Positions 1-12,861 of a stretch of 64,000 nucleotides of DNA are shown here, one piece after another; position 1 is the first letter of the stretch; each line of letters opens with the position of its first letter. Under the pieces are notes generated by a model. That model saw only the letters and a list, made by a program, of their open reading frames with translations, was not told where the DNA came from and made no database searches. The stretch is from Octopus vulgaris (taxonomy: Eukaryota), in the NCBI GenBank assembly GCA_951406725.2, contig OX597819.1, positions 111,290,001 through 111,354,000 of the forward strand, written 5' to 3'. The translations under genes were made by a program, and so were the position numbers.

Positions 1-500
1 TTTCCGTCTACCAAATCCACTCACAACAGCCTGAGGCTATAGTAGAAGACATTTGCTCAATGTGCCATGCAGAGGGAGTGAGTCTGGAGCCATGAGGTTG
101 GGAAACAAGATTCTTACCACACAGTGGTTGTATACGTATTTTTTCTGTTTTTCTCGCCACCACTAAACAGTGTCGGTTTGTTTACGTCTCCCGTAACTTA
201 GTAGACCGTTAAAAAAACAAAACGGGTCAATTCAATGAAATTGTTTAAGAAATGTACCAGAAAAGATTCGACAGGCTAAACCTTTGAAAGCGGTGCACCA
301 GTATGGTCGCAATCTAATGAGAGACACAAGTAAAAGATAAAAAGGATCTCAAAAATATACCTCTGTGTGCGCATAATATTTTATGTACATAGTCACATGC
401 ATATACATACAAACATGTACCTAAACACGCATACATGTACACTTGTATGGGTGAGTGTATATTTGTGGATATAGTTTACACACACGCACACACACATTTT

Positions 501-531
<31 letters not shown>

Positions 532-673
532 TCCAGTCTATGTGTATATATATATATATTTATTTGTACACACATACATACACACATATTAATATATATA
601 TATATATATATATGTACGTACATGTGTGTATATATATGTGTGTGTATGTATATATATATATATATATTATATA

Positions 674-732
<59 letters not shown>

Positions 733-1411
733 GTATATATATGTATATTTGTACACACACACACATATTATATATCTGTGTACGTAGATTGATGTACATA
801 AGTATGACTTTATTGATTAGCATTTGTCCCGCCCATTTTTCTTTTGCTCTAAAGAAGTAAAACGAAATTTAAATTACATGGAACTTAATTTCAATAAACT
901 TTCACCAAAGAACAATGCACCCAAAAACCATATATTTAAATATAGAGACCTGACCATGCATGAACTGCAAACTAACTATCATGAAATGTGAAGGTTAAAC
1001 GAGAAGGACTTTGACACGGAGGCGAATAGTGTGAGAGGGGTATTTGAGAACAATTATCAGTATATAGTTTTTTTTAAAAAAGTAACTGGAAGTATTTTTC
1101 TATTATTTTCCTATCCCCAATGGCAAATAAAACGCTAATACAAAAGACTAAAAGAAATGCAGTCATGTAGCCACATGTGCAGGGCATAGCGGCTTGGAAT
1201 TTTCCAGCTTTCTAAATATTTCCAGATCTTTTGTATACAATGTTTGGATGGAATTGTCTGAAATGAATAAGGATCATTTAGAACAGGTATGTTAAACATT
1301 CCGGCCCCGCATTGAAGTCCTCGAAGGTGAAGGTCGATTCAGAGAATAATATTATCAGAAAGCTTATGGAGAATATGTGCAAACATTTTTAATAAATTAC
1401 ATTCGGTTCTC

Positions 1412-1803
1412 AAGGCGGCGAGCTGCCAGAATCGTTAGCACGCCGGGCGAAATGCTTAGCGGTATTTCGTCAGCTGCTACGCTCTGAGTTCGAATTCCGC
1501 CGACGTCGACTTTGCCTTTCATCCTTTCGGGGTCGATTAAATAAGTACCAGTTACGCACTGGGGTCGATATAATCGACTTAATCCGTTTATCTGTCCTTG
1601 TTTGTCTTCTCTGTGTTTAGCCCCTTGTGGGTAGTAAAGAAATAGGTATTTTGTCTGTCTTTATGTTCTGAGTTCAAATTCCGCCGAGATCGACTTGGCC
1701 TTTCGGGATCGATAAATTAAGTACCAGTCACGTATCAGAGTCGATCTAATCGACTGGGTCCCTCCCCCAAAATTTCGGGCCTTTTGCCTGGAGGAGATAA
1801 GAA
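1412..1803 (+). mobile_element. SINE family B (tRNA-like head, two internal units)
   Basis: ggcggcgagctgccagaatcgttagc...gagttcgaattccgcc..gtcgactttgcctttcatcctttcggggtcgat..aataagtaccag; many copies in the window. Confidence 0.9.
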
Positions 1804-1944
1804 TACATTCGGTATTTGCAAGTTTAAAGATTTTTAATTAAATTACCAAGATATGCTCTTAGATACTCTCACCCATTGTATAAGAGACAAAATAAGGATT
1901 AAAAACGGAAAAAGATTTAAAAGAAAATATAAACTAAATAGACG

Positions 1945-2104
1945 TAGGCGTGGCTGTAGTAAGGGGCATACTTCCAAATCACATGGTTCCGGGCTCAGTT
2001 CCACTGCGTGACACCTTGGACAAATGTCTTCTACTATAATCTCAGCCCAACCGAAACTTTGTGAGTGGAACTGACAAATGGAAATTGAAAGAAGTCCATC
2101 GTAT
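1945..2104 (+). mobile_element. SINE family A head fragment
   Basis: Homology to family A; further fragments at 1-125(-), 140-345(+), 14598-14745(-), 28213-28370(+), 48087-48250(-), 50131-50326(+). Confidence 0.8.
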
Positions 2105-2114
2105 ATCTATCTAC

Positions 2115-2174
<60 letters not shown>

Positions 2175-2536
2175 CTTTTAAATCTTTTCATGGGAAACGT
2201 TTCAAGTATGCAAATAAAGCTCATATTCCATTATGCCGGCCACCGTCTAATGAAGCTTACTTGTGAGCCAGTTTTTCGGGGTTGCATCAAGTTATACCGA
2301 TATAATGTAGGGTAAATACGCGCGTTTCCACGAAACACAAATGTCTTAGTATCACAGTACGTATTCCTGCGATGATTACAGCGTAGTTCGTAGTTCACGG
2401 ATACTATGGACTACACTGTAATCATCTCAGGAATATGGACTATGATCATAAGAGACATGTGATATGTTGAAACGTGCGTAGCGATGCATTAAATGTTTAT
2501 AAATTCTATCCCAGGATTATTGTAGCTGTGTGATGA

Positions 2537-2697
2537 GCGCAGGCTCGGCTGTATAGCAAGAAGCTTGTTTCCCAAACAAACGGTTCCGTGTTTAGTCCCA
2601 CTGCTCGGCACCTTGGACAACTGTCTTCTACAATAGCCTCGGGCCGACCAAAGCCCCATGAGTAGATTTGATAGATGGAAACTGAAAGAAGTCTGTC

Positions 2698-2753
<56 letters not shown>

Positions 2754-2950
2754 GTGTGCCTTTGTGTCTGTGTTTATCCCCTCCACCATTGCTTGACAAC
2801 CGTAGCAGTTCGGCAAAAGAGACCGATAGAATAAGTAATAGGCTTACAAAGAATAAGTCTTGGCGTAGATTACTTCGACTACAACACTTTAAAGCTGTGC
2901 CTAAGCATAGCCTCTGTCAAATAATTTAAAAGAAAAATAGAAGAATAAAA
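2537..2950 (+). mobile_element. SINE family A
   Basis: Homologous to 2981-3403; internal deletion. Confidence 0.85.
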
Positions 2951-2980
2951 AATTTAATATATACATATATATATATATAC

Positions 2981-3403
2981 TCTCTTTCTCTTTACTCTTT
3001 TACTTATTTCAGTCATTTGACTGCGGCCATGCTGGAGCACCGCCTTTAGTCGAGCAAATCGACCCCGGGACTTATTCTTTGTAAGCCCAGTACTTATTCT
3101 ATCGGTCTATTTTGCCGAACCGCTAGGTGACGGGGACGTAAACACACCAGCATCGGTTGTCAAGCAATGCTAGGGGGACAAACACAGACACACAAACACA
3201 CACACACATACATATAATATATATATATATACATATATACGACAGGCTTCTTTCAGTTTTTGTCTACCAAATCCACTTACAAGGCATTGGTCGGCCCGGG
3301 GCTATAGCAGAAGACACTTGCCCAAGATGCCACGCAGTGGGACTGAACCCGGAACCATGTGGTTGGTTAGCAAGCTACTTACCACACAGCCACTCCTGCG
3401 CCT
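2981..3403 (-). mobile_element. SINE family A, full length (tRNA-like head, internal (TA)n(TG)n, aaagagta-type tail)
   Basis: Head ggagtggctgtgtggtaagtagc...ggttcagtccc (A/B-box-like); more than 20 homologous copies in the window. Confidence 0.9.
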
Positions 3404-3433
3404 ATATATATATATATAATGATATATATATAA

Positions 3434-3489
<56 letters not shown>

Positions 3490-3516
3490 ATAATATATAT
3501 ATATATATATATATAT

Positions 3517-3868
3517 AAAACTTAGATAAAACTTAGATATGTTTCGACCAGAGATTGGTCCAGGCCATGTCTAACTTAATAGCACCACCTGATAGGATTA
3601 TTCGAATCCTGTTTAAGTCAAGTTTTGTTCAAGTAGTGAGTTCTTGTTGGGTGAGTTGTATCCAATTATGGGTGGCTTGTCTGGTATTCTTTGAAGGAAT
3701 CTATCCAGACTCTGTTTGAAGTTGATGGGATCCTTTTCTTCTTTGATCTCCCTCGGGACAATGTTAAATAGGGCAGGGCCTGTTGAGGAAAAGAAATTAT
3801 GTTGCAGCGTACATGTATGTTGTGATCTTGAATTTGGCAGGGGACGTATAGCCCGTGGTCCAAGTCTC
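3517..3868 (-). mobile_element. 5'-truncated LINE 3' end (CR1/L2-group-like ORF2 C-terminus and 3' UTR)
   Basis: ...NFFSSTGPALFNIVPREIKEEKDPINFKQSLDRFLQRIPDKP..GYNSPNKNSLL*; 3' tail is a short tandem (atctaagtttt)2; flanked by (TA)n. Confidence 0.8.
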
Positions 3869-3889
3869 ATATATATATATATATAATAA

Positions 3890-4050
3890 AAATGGGGCAA
3901 GAACGCAAAACATCCGGACAGCTAGGTAATACAAAAAGGGATAACAAAACATCCAGATAGGCGATACAAAGAAAACAAGGACGAGTCATTCGAAGTTTCC
4001 TTTCCTCAGTCAAGTACCAGAATATCATCGCAATTTCGACTGATTATATA
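3890..4050 (-). repeat. Unclassified short dispersed repeat (family F)
   Basis: ctggatgttttgcgttcttgtcccattttgtat-(TA)n end shared with 38375-38475(+), 47415-47545(+) and 49700-49770(+). Confidence 0.65.
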
Positions 4051-4109
4051 CAAATATATAGAACAATATATACACACACAAAATCACACATACAAACACC
4101 CCCCCCCCC

Positions 4110-4175
<66 letters not shown>

Positions 4176-4206
4176 CATACATAAATACATGTATATATAT
4201 ATCTAC

Positions 4207-4412
4207 GATGGAGTGCTGAAATTTCCTGGATTCAATTGTATCGCGAAAGAGTCGGTTGGAGGCCGAGTACTTTTACAGGGTTTAGAAAAATTGAAGGACC
4301 GCTGCAATACGTGTGCGAATTTCAGAGGGGAATATATTGTATAAAATCATATTTAACCTGTCCTCCTGTATTTTCTTTCACCCAAAGCCAGGAACTTTTC
4401 AGCACACCCTCG
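4207..4412. mobile_element. ~205-bp mariner-type MITE
   Basis: ta-cgatggagtgctgaaatttcctgg ... ccaggaacttttcagcacaccctcg-ta inverted termini with TA; homologous copies elsewhere in the window. Confidence 0.85.
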
Positions 4413-4821
4413 TATATGTATGTATGCATATATATTTAAATGTATATATGTAAGTACGTATATATATATATATATATATGTATAAATATACATGTGTGTG
4501 TGTATGTGGTGTGTGTACATCGGAACGTTTAACAAGTCTTATTATTTATATTGCCGTCTACCCCCAACCCCTGCTACATTACCAATCGATGGTGTAATCG
4601 ACCTGCTCTGATGTTTGACCTCTGCTTCAGAACAAAAGAAGTAATCAATTGAATTGTTAGTCACAGATTGAAGTTTGACAGGTGAAAGGGGTCGGGGTAT
4701 GGCGGTTGATAATTCTTTATTTAGCTGGGGTACAAGTGTATGGAGGAGGCACGTGATGTTGAAATGACAAAAAGAAACAGGAAATATGAATACATACACA
4801 CACACACACACACATATATAT

Positions 4822-5029
4822 TCTTTTTTCTTTCATTCTTTTACTTGTTTCAGCTATTTGACTGCGGCCACGCTGGAGCGCGTTTTAGTCGAAGAAATCG
4901 TCCTCGGGACTTATTCTTTATAGGCCCAGTACTTATTCCACCGGTCTCTGGGGAAGCAGACCAGCATCAGTTATCAAGCGATGGTGGGGGAAAACAAACA
5001 CGCAGACACAGACACTCACATATAAATAT

Positions 5030-5070
<41 letters not shown>

Positions 5071-5182
5071 CATGACGGGCTTCTTTTCAGTTTCCGTCTA
5101 CCAAATCCAGTGACAAAGCTTTGGTCGCCGACAGCCTATAGTAGAAGGTACTTGGCCAAGGTGCCACGCAGTGGAACCTAAC
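4822..5182 (-). mobile_element. SINE family A
   Basis: Homology; a partial + copy follows at 5313-5598. Confidence 0.85.
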
Positions 5183-5441
5183 ATATACCCAGATATATCT
5201 ATGTATGTATACGTGTGAGTTTTTGTGTATTCATATTTATATCACAAACAAATACTAATATACGCATGCATACACACACACATGTATAAATATATAATCC
5301 ATATATATGCAATGCTGTTTACCATCCACATGGTTCCGGGTTCAGTTCCACTGCGTGGCACCTTGGGCAGGTGTCTATAGCCTCGCGCCGACCAAAGCCT
5401 TGTGAGTAGATTTGGCAGACGGAAACTAAAAGAAGCCCATC

Positions 5442-5507
<66 letters not shown>

Positions 5508-5599
5508 TTGTTTCTAACTATATGTTTGCGTCTATATGTATATATGTATATGTACATGATTGTCTCTCTTGGCAACCGATGTTGGTGTGGTTACGTGTG

Positions 5600-5636
<37 letters not shown>

Positions 5637-5841
5637 GTGGGTATACATACATTCACATATACTCATATACACATAAACAAGCACACACAAACACACACAT
5701 ATATGCATGTAAATATCTATATTTACACTTTTTATATCATTGTGGGCAGTGCCCCAACATGGTGGTTGTCCAATGACGAAACAAGAAAAAAAATAAAAGC
5801 TACATACATACATGCTTACCCTCATACTTATTCTCGCACAC

Positions 5842-6213
5842 ATGGAGGCGCAATGGCCCAGTGGTTAGGACAGCGGACTCGTGGTCGTAAGATCACGCGG
5901 TTTCGATTTCCAGACCGAGCGTTGTGAATGTTTATTGAGCGAAAACACCTAAAGCTCCACGAAGCTCCGGCGGTGGTGTGTGGTGAACCCTGCTATATTC
6001 TTTCACTACAACTTTCGCTCACTCTTTCTTCCTGCTTCTGTTGTCCCTGTATTTTAAAGGGCCAGTCTGTGTCACGCTGAATCTCCCCGAGAACTACGTT
6101 AAGTGTACACGTGTCTGTGGAGTGCTGAACCACTGGTACGTTAATCGCACGAGCAGGATGTTCAGGTGATCGGATCAACTGGAACCCTCGTCTTCGAAAC
6201 CGACGGAGTGCCA
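5842..6213 (+). mobile_element. SINE head C + tail T1 (tRNA-derived)
   Basis: tggaggcgcaatggcccagtggttagg..(A box)...gtttcgatttcc (B-box-like); tail ctgtattt...gtacacgtgtctgtggagtgct...accgacggagtgcca. Confidence 0.9.
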
Positions 6214-6579
6214 CATATTCTCGCACACACAAATGCATCTGTGTGCATATTTATATATTTGATATATTAGCAGCAGTACATAAAAGAAGTACACCAATAT
6301 TTCGTCAGGTGGAACCATTAAGTCATTAATCACAGAACTCTGAAGGAGTTATTCAAACAAAAATATGGTAAACTATGACATATGTCTCTGGGAAATAAAT
6401 GTATGGAAAGATCAAACTAAAATATTTCACACAAAGAAACTATATAACAACAATATTGTCGCTATAATATTTGTCCTTTGGTGCGATTTTTCCAACGCTT
6501 TGACTCATCTATATATGTGCTTATATGTGTGCGTATTTGAGTGTCTGTATCATTGATATGTATATAAATAAATATATAT

Positions 6580-6946
6580 TCTTTTATTTGTTTCAGTCTT
6601 GACTGCCGCCGTGCTGGAGCACCGCCTTTAGTCGAACAAATCAACCCCAAGACTCATTCTTTGTAAGCCTAGTGCTTATTTTATTGGCCTCTTTTGCTGA
6701 ACCGCTAAGTTACGGGGACGTAAACACATCATCATCGGTTGTCAGCGACGATGAGGAGACAAATACAGACACACAAATATATATACACGACGGGCTTCTT
6801 TCAGTTTCCGTCTATCAAATCCACTCACAAGGTTTTGGTTGGCCCAAAGCTATAGTAGAAGACACTTGCCCAATGTGCCACGCAGTGGGACTGAACCCAG
6901 AACCATGTGGTTGTTAAGCAAGCTACTTACCACACAACCACTCCTG
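6580..6946 (-). mobile_element. SINE family A
   Basis: Homology to family A. Confidence 0.9.
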
Positions 6947-6966
6947 TATAAAATAATATATAAATG

Positions 6967-7212
6967 TGAAGGCGTGTGGCCTAGTTTTCTCGCCGTTGCA
7001 CTCACAATCACTAGATCGTGGGTTGAACTCCCAGATTGAGCGATGTGCTGTGTTCTTGAGTAAAACACTTCACTTCACGTTACTCCGATCCCCTTTTCGA
7101 TCAGGGTGGAGAATGTTGGCCTGCTCGCCTAACCAGCTAGGTGACATCATTTGAAGGTTAAAACAATACGAAACGCATTGTGACCAGCGATGTGTAACAA
7201 ATGATCACGTAA
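6967..7212 (+). mobile_element. SINE head D + tail T2
   Basis: gaaggcgtgtggcctagt...tgttcttgagtaaaacacttcacttcacgtt, then T2. Confidence 0.8.
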
Positions 7213-7633
7213 TATCAATAAGTATATGTATATGTGTGTCTGTGTGCATGTACGTATGCATGTGAATGTATGTATTTGTGTGCAGGTGTAATTTTGTGTG
7301 TACGTGTGTCTGTGTACATAGGCTCTAGAAGAGTCACGAAGAGTTCCACGAGCTCAATTCTTGTTAGGGTTCTATAATAAACTCTATATAATATTCATGA
7401 CTGTAGTTATGTGATATTCCGTTATGCAACCATGATATACTATAAAGTATATTAACTGTCTTTTATGAGTCAACGCCACGTACTACTGCCTTAGCAGTGC
7501 TCTTAATATTATTTTGTTAAGCTTATTTCTACAGATATTCTGAAATTATTGCCAGCACTTATTTTTGCAATGACGTTTCGTATCGAGACGTCAAATATAA
7601 AGAAATGTGAGATCGAAGACAAAAATGGATAAT

Positions 7634-7681
7634 GAGTGGATATGCCATATTTCTTGGGGTTTTGCCCCTTCATCAGCACCC
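7634..7681 (-). ncRNA. Type I hammerhead-like motif, degenerate
   Basis: Minus strand gggtg-CTGATGA-a-gggg-caaaa-cccc-aa-GAAA-tatg-g-cata-TC/cactc; stems I-III can pair. Confidence 0.6.
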
Positions 7682-7824
7682 ATCTAACTCATTCTTGCCT
7701 CCGAATACATTGCTTATATAGCCACCGCATGCAGCGGTGTTAAGTTAATGGACCAACTAATTTGCATTTTAAACGCATTCCTTAAGCTGGCCGTAATTTT
7801 TATAGGATATCTGTAGAAATAATA

Positions 7825-8077
7825 TAATAAATAAATGCGCCCTTTTAAAACCTAGCCTGGCTCATGGGCCTGGTTTCTATGACGTATGTGTTCCCCAGCT
7901 AGACGGGACACCAATCCATCGCAGGGTTACACATTTTTGCCAACTGAGTGGACTGGAGCAACGTGAATTGAAGTGTTTTTTCCTCAAGAACACAACGCGT
8001 CGCCCGGTCCAGGAATCGAAACCACAATCTTACGATCATGTTGCTGACACCGTAACCACTAAGCCACGCGCCTCCAC
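7825..8077 (-). mobile_element. SINE head D + tail T3
   Basis: Minus strand ggaggcgcgtggcttagtgg...ttcacgttgctccagtccactcagttggcaaaaatg, then T3. Confidence 0.9.
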
Positions 8078-9342
8078 TTCTGTAGAAATAGCTTTAACAA
8101 AATAATCTGTAAAGTGATACCTCGTAGTACGAGTTTAATTCGTTCTATGACCGAGCTCTTACGATTTATAAGTTTCACAAATCAATTTTCTCCATTGAAA
8201 TTAACTAAAATGTAATTAATCCAGCCCCTCAAAACCACTCACAAATAATATTTTATGGGTTTTAAAACAGAAAAGGTGTAGTTACAAGTAAAATGACAAT
8301 TATTAAAAAGAGAATGCAAAAGAAATATGTAAACGGGTTTTATTAAGTAAATTACCTTAAAGATGGGATTATTTGTGTGCTCGTACTGCGGATTTCCGCT
8401 TGTATTTCAATACAAATATTTGCTCGTACAGCAAATTATTCGCACAATGGTGCACTCGTTCTGCGAGCTTTTACTGTATAATAATGTACATACATATACA
8501 TACATAAATATACATAATATACATAAATGTACATACATATACATACATAAATATATATGTGTGTGTAAATACACACACAGTTGATAACTATGATTATTTA
8601 TTGGCATATATTATTTAATTAATCTACGTGTTTACACATCTAAGTTGATCATTCCTGAGATTATAATATTTTCCGTTTTATGTATTTGCAGCGTGTATGT
8701 TCTACAATGTTCAATAAATTTTGCTCAATACATTTACTTCGATGTTTTGTTTTAATGTTTTATGCTTTTAAGTTCTATAATTTTAAGGATAGCAATGTCA
8801 GTTCTGATGATATTGCTCTATTTTCTGTATTCTATGCTTTAATTTTTTATGCTTCGTAGCTATAGCCATATAACGATTTATGTTTGTGATTTAATGTGTA
8901 CTTGAAACAATATGCAGGTGTAGACGTAATGGACACACTGCATTAATGTTTAGCTCCCGCTTTCTTGCCTGTTTATTTAACACTGTTGACAACGCCATAT
9001 TGAAAGGCACTACACACGTGTCGAAGCTATAATGATATCCGTTTGCCAGCTGATGATATAGGTATGACACGGATGGTGATTTTGGACCTTCTATCGCTTG
9101 TGTTCGCGTGGTTCTAGTTCTAAGTTGACCTTTCTTGAAATTCTGGGGATTTCTAGTTTATGAACGATTTGCTCCATATGTGTGTGTGTGTGTTGTGTGT
9201 GACTGTGTCCATGAGCGTGTGTTTATGCGTGCATCTCTCTATGTATGTATATGTATATATATTTATATAAACGGAAATTTATACAAATACATACAAAAAC
9301 AGATATAACGTGTATATATATACGTACATATATATATGTATG

Positions 9343-9373
<31 letters not shown>

Positions 9374-9913
9374 GCATATATGTAAATGGATATACATACA
9401 TATATGTGTATGTGTGTGTGTATGTATATAAATATGTGTGCATATGTATATATTTATGTATATATATTTATATATGCATATATATGTATATATACATATA
9501 CATGTATATATATATACATGTATACATATATATATATATATATATATATATCTGGTACAATAGAATATGCTTCAACACACAAAATCTTGCAAACCAAATC
9601 CATAAACGAAATATGTATATATATATATATATATTTAAAATTATAATTACGAGCAAAAAGAAAAAGACTTTCTTTGCCAATATGCTGAAAAATATGCTTC
9701 CCTCTTTTCGAAACGTGGTGCAATAATATAAGTGAAAATATTTTATGTTGTTAGGCGATTTACCGTGTATTTTTCAGCATATCGGCGAAGAAATTATTTT
9801 TCTTTTTACCCTTATTCATAATTGTATTTATAATTTTCACTTTAAAAGGTATTTTTCATATGCTGGCCACTACTGATAAAACTTTTGAATAAAATTTTAT
9901 CCTTATATTAGAA

Positions 9914-9984
<71 letters not shown>

Positions 9985-10053
9985 TAATTTGACATTTAGC
10001 ACATTAAGGAGTGTTGGGTGTGGAAATTTGATTGGCGGCTATAAAATGCGCTA

Positions 10054-10580
10054 CAGTAAAAAATATTTATTCAATTTAACACGAAACTACACATCTATAG
10101 TAAAAACCACGGATTTGTATGTCATTCCAACTATGTTTACAAAACGAATCAACGAAGAGAAATCTGCACCGTACATTGTATATGTGCAAAGCTTGTTATG
10201 TAAATCATATAAGTGTGTATAGGTAAATATGTATCTTTTATTACATGAAAACTGTAAATATATTTTATATGTATATTAACCATACGAAATATATGTAGTG
10301 AAAATGTATCCAATAACATTTGTGTTGATGTTTCATCGTAACAGTTTATACACAGAACATGTTATAATGATATTTATATGCGTAGAGAATGCACGCTACA
10401 TTGATTATTGATAGAGTATATTACTATTTGTGAACGAACTTTGATGAGAACCATTCCTGGCAATTCTTGAAGTGTTGTAACATCTCTGTATAAAATTCGT
10501 AGAATTTATGCTATGTCGATGATATATTAACTACCATTTTCCGGTTATTTTCTTTTTAAATGCGACCACTTTTTTTGCTG
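10054..10580. mobile_element. Possible old AT-rich MITE
   Basis: ta-cagtaaaaaa ... ttttttgctg-ta short inverted termini with TA. Confidence 0.4.
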
Positions 10581-10712
10581 TACCGGTATATATACCTACA
10601 TTGCACTAAACACACACATTCACACACACGCACACACATACGCTCGTATTTATTGACACACTCACGCGGATATATTTAAAAATTACATAATATATACATA
10701 TGTTGACGTATG

Positions 10713-10762
<50 letters not shown>

Positions 10763-10810
10763 TATATATATGTATGCAAACATATATATGTATATATATT
10801 CATATGCATA

Positions 10811-10840
<30 letters not shown>

Positions 10841-10841
<1 letters not shown>

Positions 10842-10985
10842 GGTGCAGGAGTGGCTGTGTGGTAAGTAGCTTGTTTACCAACCACATGGTTCCGGGTTCA
10901 GTCTTCTACTATAGCCTCGGGCCGACCAAAGCCTTGTGAGTGGATTTGGTAGACGGAAACTGAAAAGAAGCCCGTCGTATATATG

Positions 10986-11018
<33 letters not shown>

Positions 11019-11212
11019 TTGTGTGTCTGTGTTTGTTCCCCTAGCATTGCTTGACAATGTCCCCGTTACTTAGCGGTTCGGCAAAGGAGACCGATAGAAT
11101 AAGTACTGGGCTTACAAAAAGAATAAGTCTCGGGGTCGAGTTGCTCGATTAAAGGCGGTGCTCCAGCATGGCCGCAGTCAAATGACTGAAACAAGTAAAA
11201 GAGTAGAAGAGT
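10841..11212 (+). mobile_element. SINE family A
   Basis: Homology; two short internal deletions. Confidence 0.9.
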
Positions 11213-11269
11213 ATATATATTATACATATATATGTAAAAATATAAACTATTTATAAGCGTATATAATCT

Positions 11270-11479
11270 CCCTTTCTCTGAGCACAACCAGCAAAAATAT
11301 TTTTTCCTCTGTCTTCCCTTCTTGGGATCTTTCCTTCTCCTTGTTTCTGACGAAGAGCTCCGCTCGAAACGTTAATCCCTCCTTCCCTTCTTTCCTGAGC
11401 GTCAATAATACTTTAATTGTTCCACGTCCTCGCGTTGCTGTGTTTTTTTTCTCTTTTTTTCTGTGTTTTCTTGTTTGGA

Positions 11480-11490
<11 letters not shown>
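11270..11490 (+). mobile_element. Short non-coding HHR-bearing repeat (Penelope pLTR-like)
   Basis: Homologous over ~200 bp to 62000-62215 (minus strand); ends in (TA)n. Confidence 0.7.
11343..11377 (+). ncRNA. Minimal type I hammerhead ribozyme motif (same family as 62109)
   Basis: GUUU-CUGACGA-A-GAGC-ucc-GCUC-GAAA-CGUU-AAUC; palindromic AACGUU stem III; one stem-I mismatch. Confidence 0.75.
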
Positions 11491-11550
<60 letters not shown>

Positions 11551-11707
11551 CATTTATTTCTCTTTTGCCTGCGTCGTTTGCTTTTTAAGTGCTTTGGTTT
11601 TACTGGGATCTCCCTTTTAAGTAGAAAGAATAGCCAAAACTTTTTGACTGCTATTTCTAAATTCGGTGTGTGGTGAGGCAAATCGTTGCTAAACCCTTAA
11701 TTACTTA

Positions 11708-11792
<85 letters not shown>

Positions 11793-12266
11793 GGAAGTAC
11801 ATAACCGCATAAACATTCCGGGGGAAAATAAACCTCAGTAGAAACAATGGAATTTGGTGAGGTGTGAGAATAATCGTTTAGGTTATAAAAATAATGCCGG
11901 ACATGTTTCAATGTTATTAAAATTCATCAATGAAGTGTACATAATAGAAATAGAGGATAGACATTTGGGATTAACGTGAATAATGATTGAATAAGATGAC
12001 AGATACATAGAATGAGGGAAGGCTAGATTGACAAAATGTTACATATACATATATAGTGAAGGTTCATGTCCCAGATAGTTAACTGATCCTCCTGTATTTT
12101 CTTTTACCCAAAGCCAAGAGCTTTTCGGCAACCCCTCGTATATACGTATAAACGATGGAAGAATTTAATGCGTGAGTGCGCATGCGCGTGCGATCATATG
12201 CTGATGGTTGGTGAAGTATACACCAAAATCTAAATGCAATAAAATATCAGTTGCGCCCGTATATGA

Positions 12267-12301
<35 letters not shown>

Positions 12302-12448
12302 TGTGTCTGTGTAAGCATGCTTATGTATTTATGTATTATATATGAGCGAAATAAAATTATAATGTGCAAAAGGTCTGTTCTCCAGAGCAGATACCACGTG
12401 ACGTACAGCAGATGTTTGTGACATTTATGACCCACAGCCCTTTATATC

Positions 12449-12496
<48 letters not shown>

Positions 12497-12861
12497 GCGA
12501 TGGTGATGGTGGTGGTGGTGACCCTTTATTTCATCCGTCATGCTGGACAGACATTCGAAACACGGAACCTTTCGTTGCCCCTCAATGGTCACATAGAAAT
12601 AGCAGACAAATCATCTTCGAACATCACTCAACAGATTTTTTCTAAGGGCACATTGAATAATGTTGTTCTAAATACAAAATTTATACGTTGATAATTCTTT
12701 CCCTGTTTTGGCACAAAACCAGCAATTTGAAGAAGACATTTAGTCGCTATTATCGACCCTAGTAGTTGCCTTCTTCTCTAGGTCATGTTTTCTTTCCTAT
12801 TCCTTCTTCCTTTTGTTTTGTGGGCACTTTTGTATTCACTCTGATGAAGCTCCGCGTTCTA

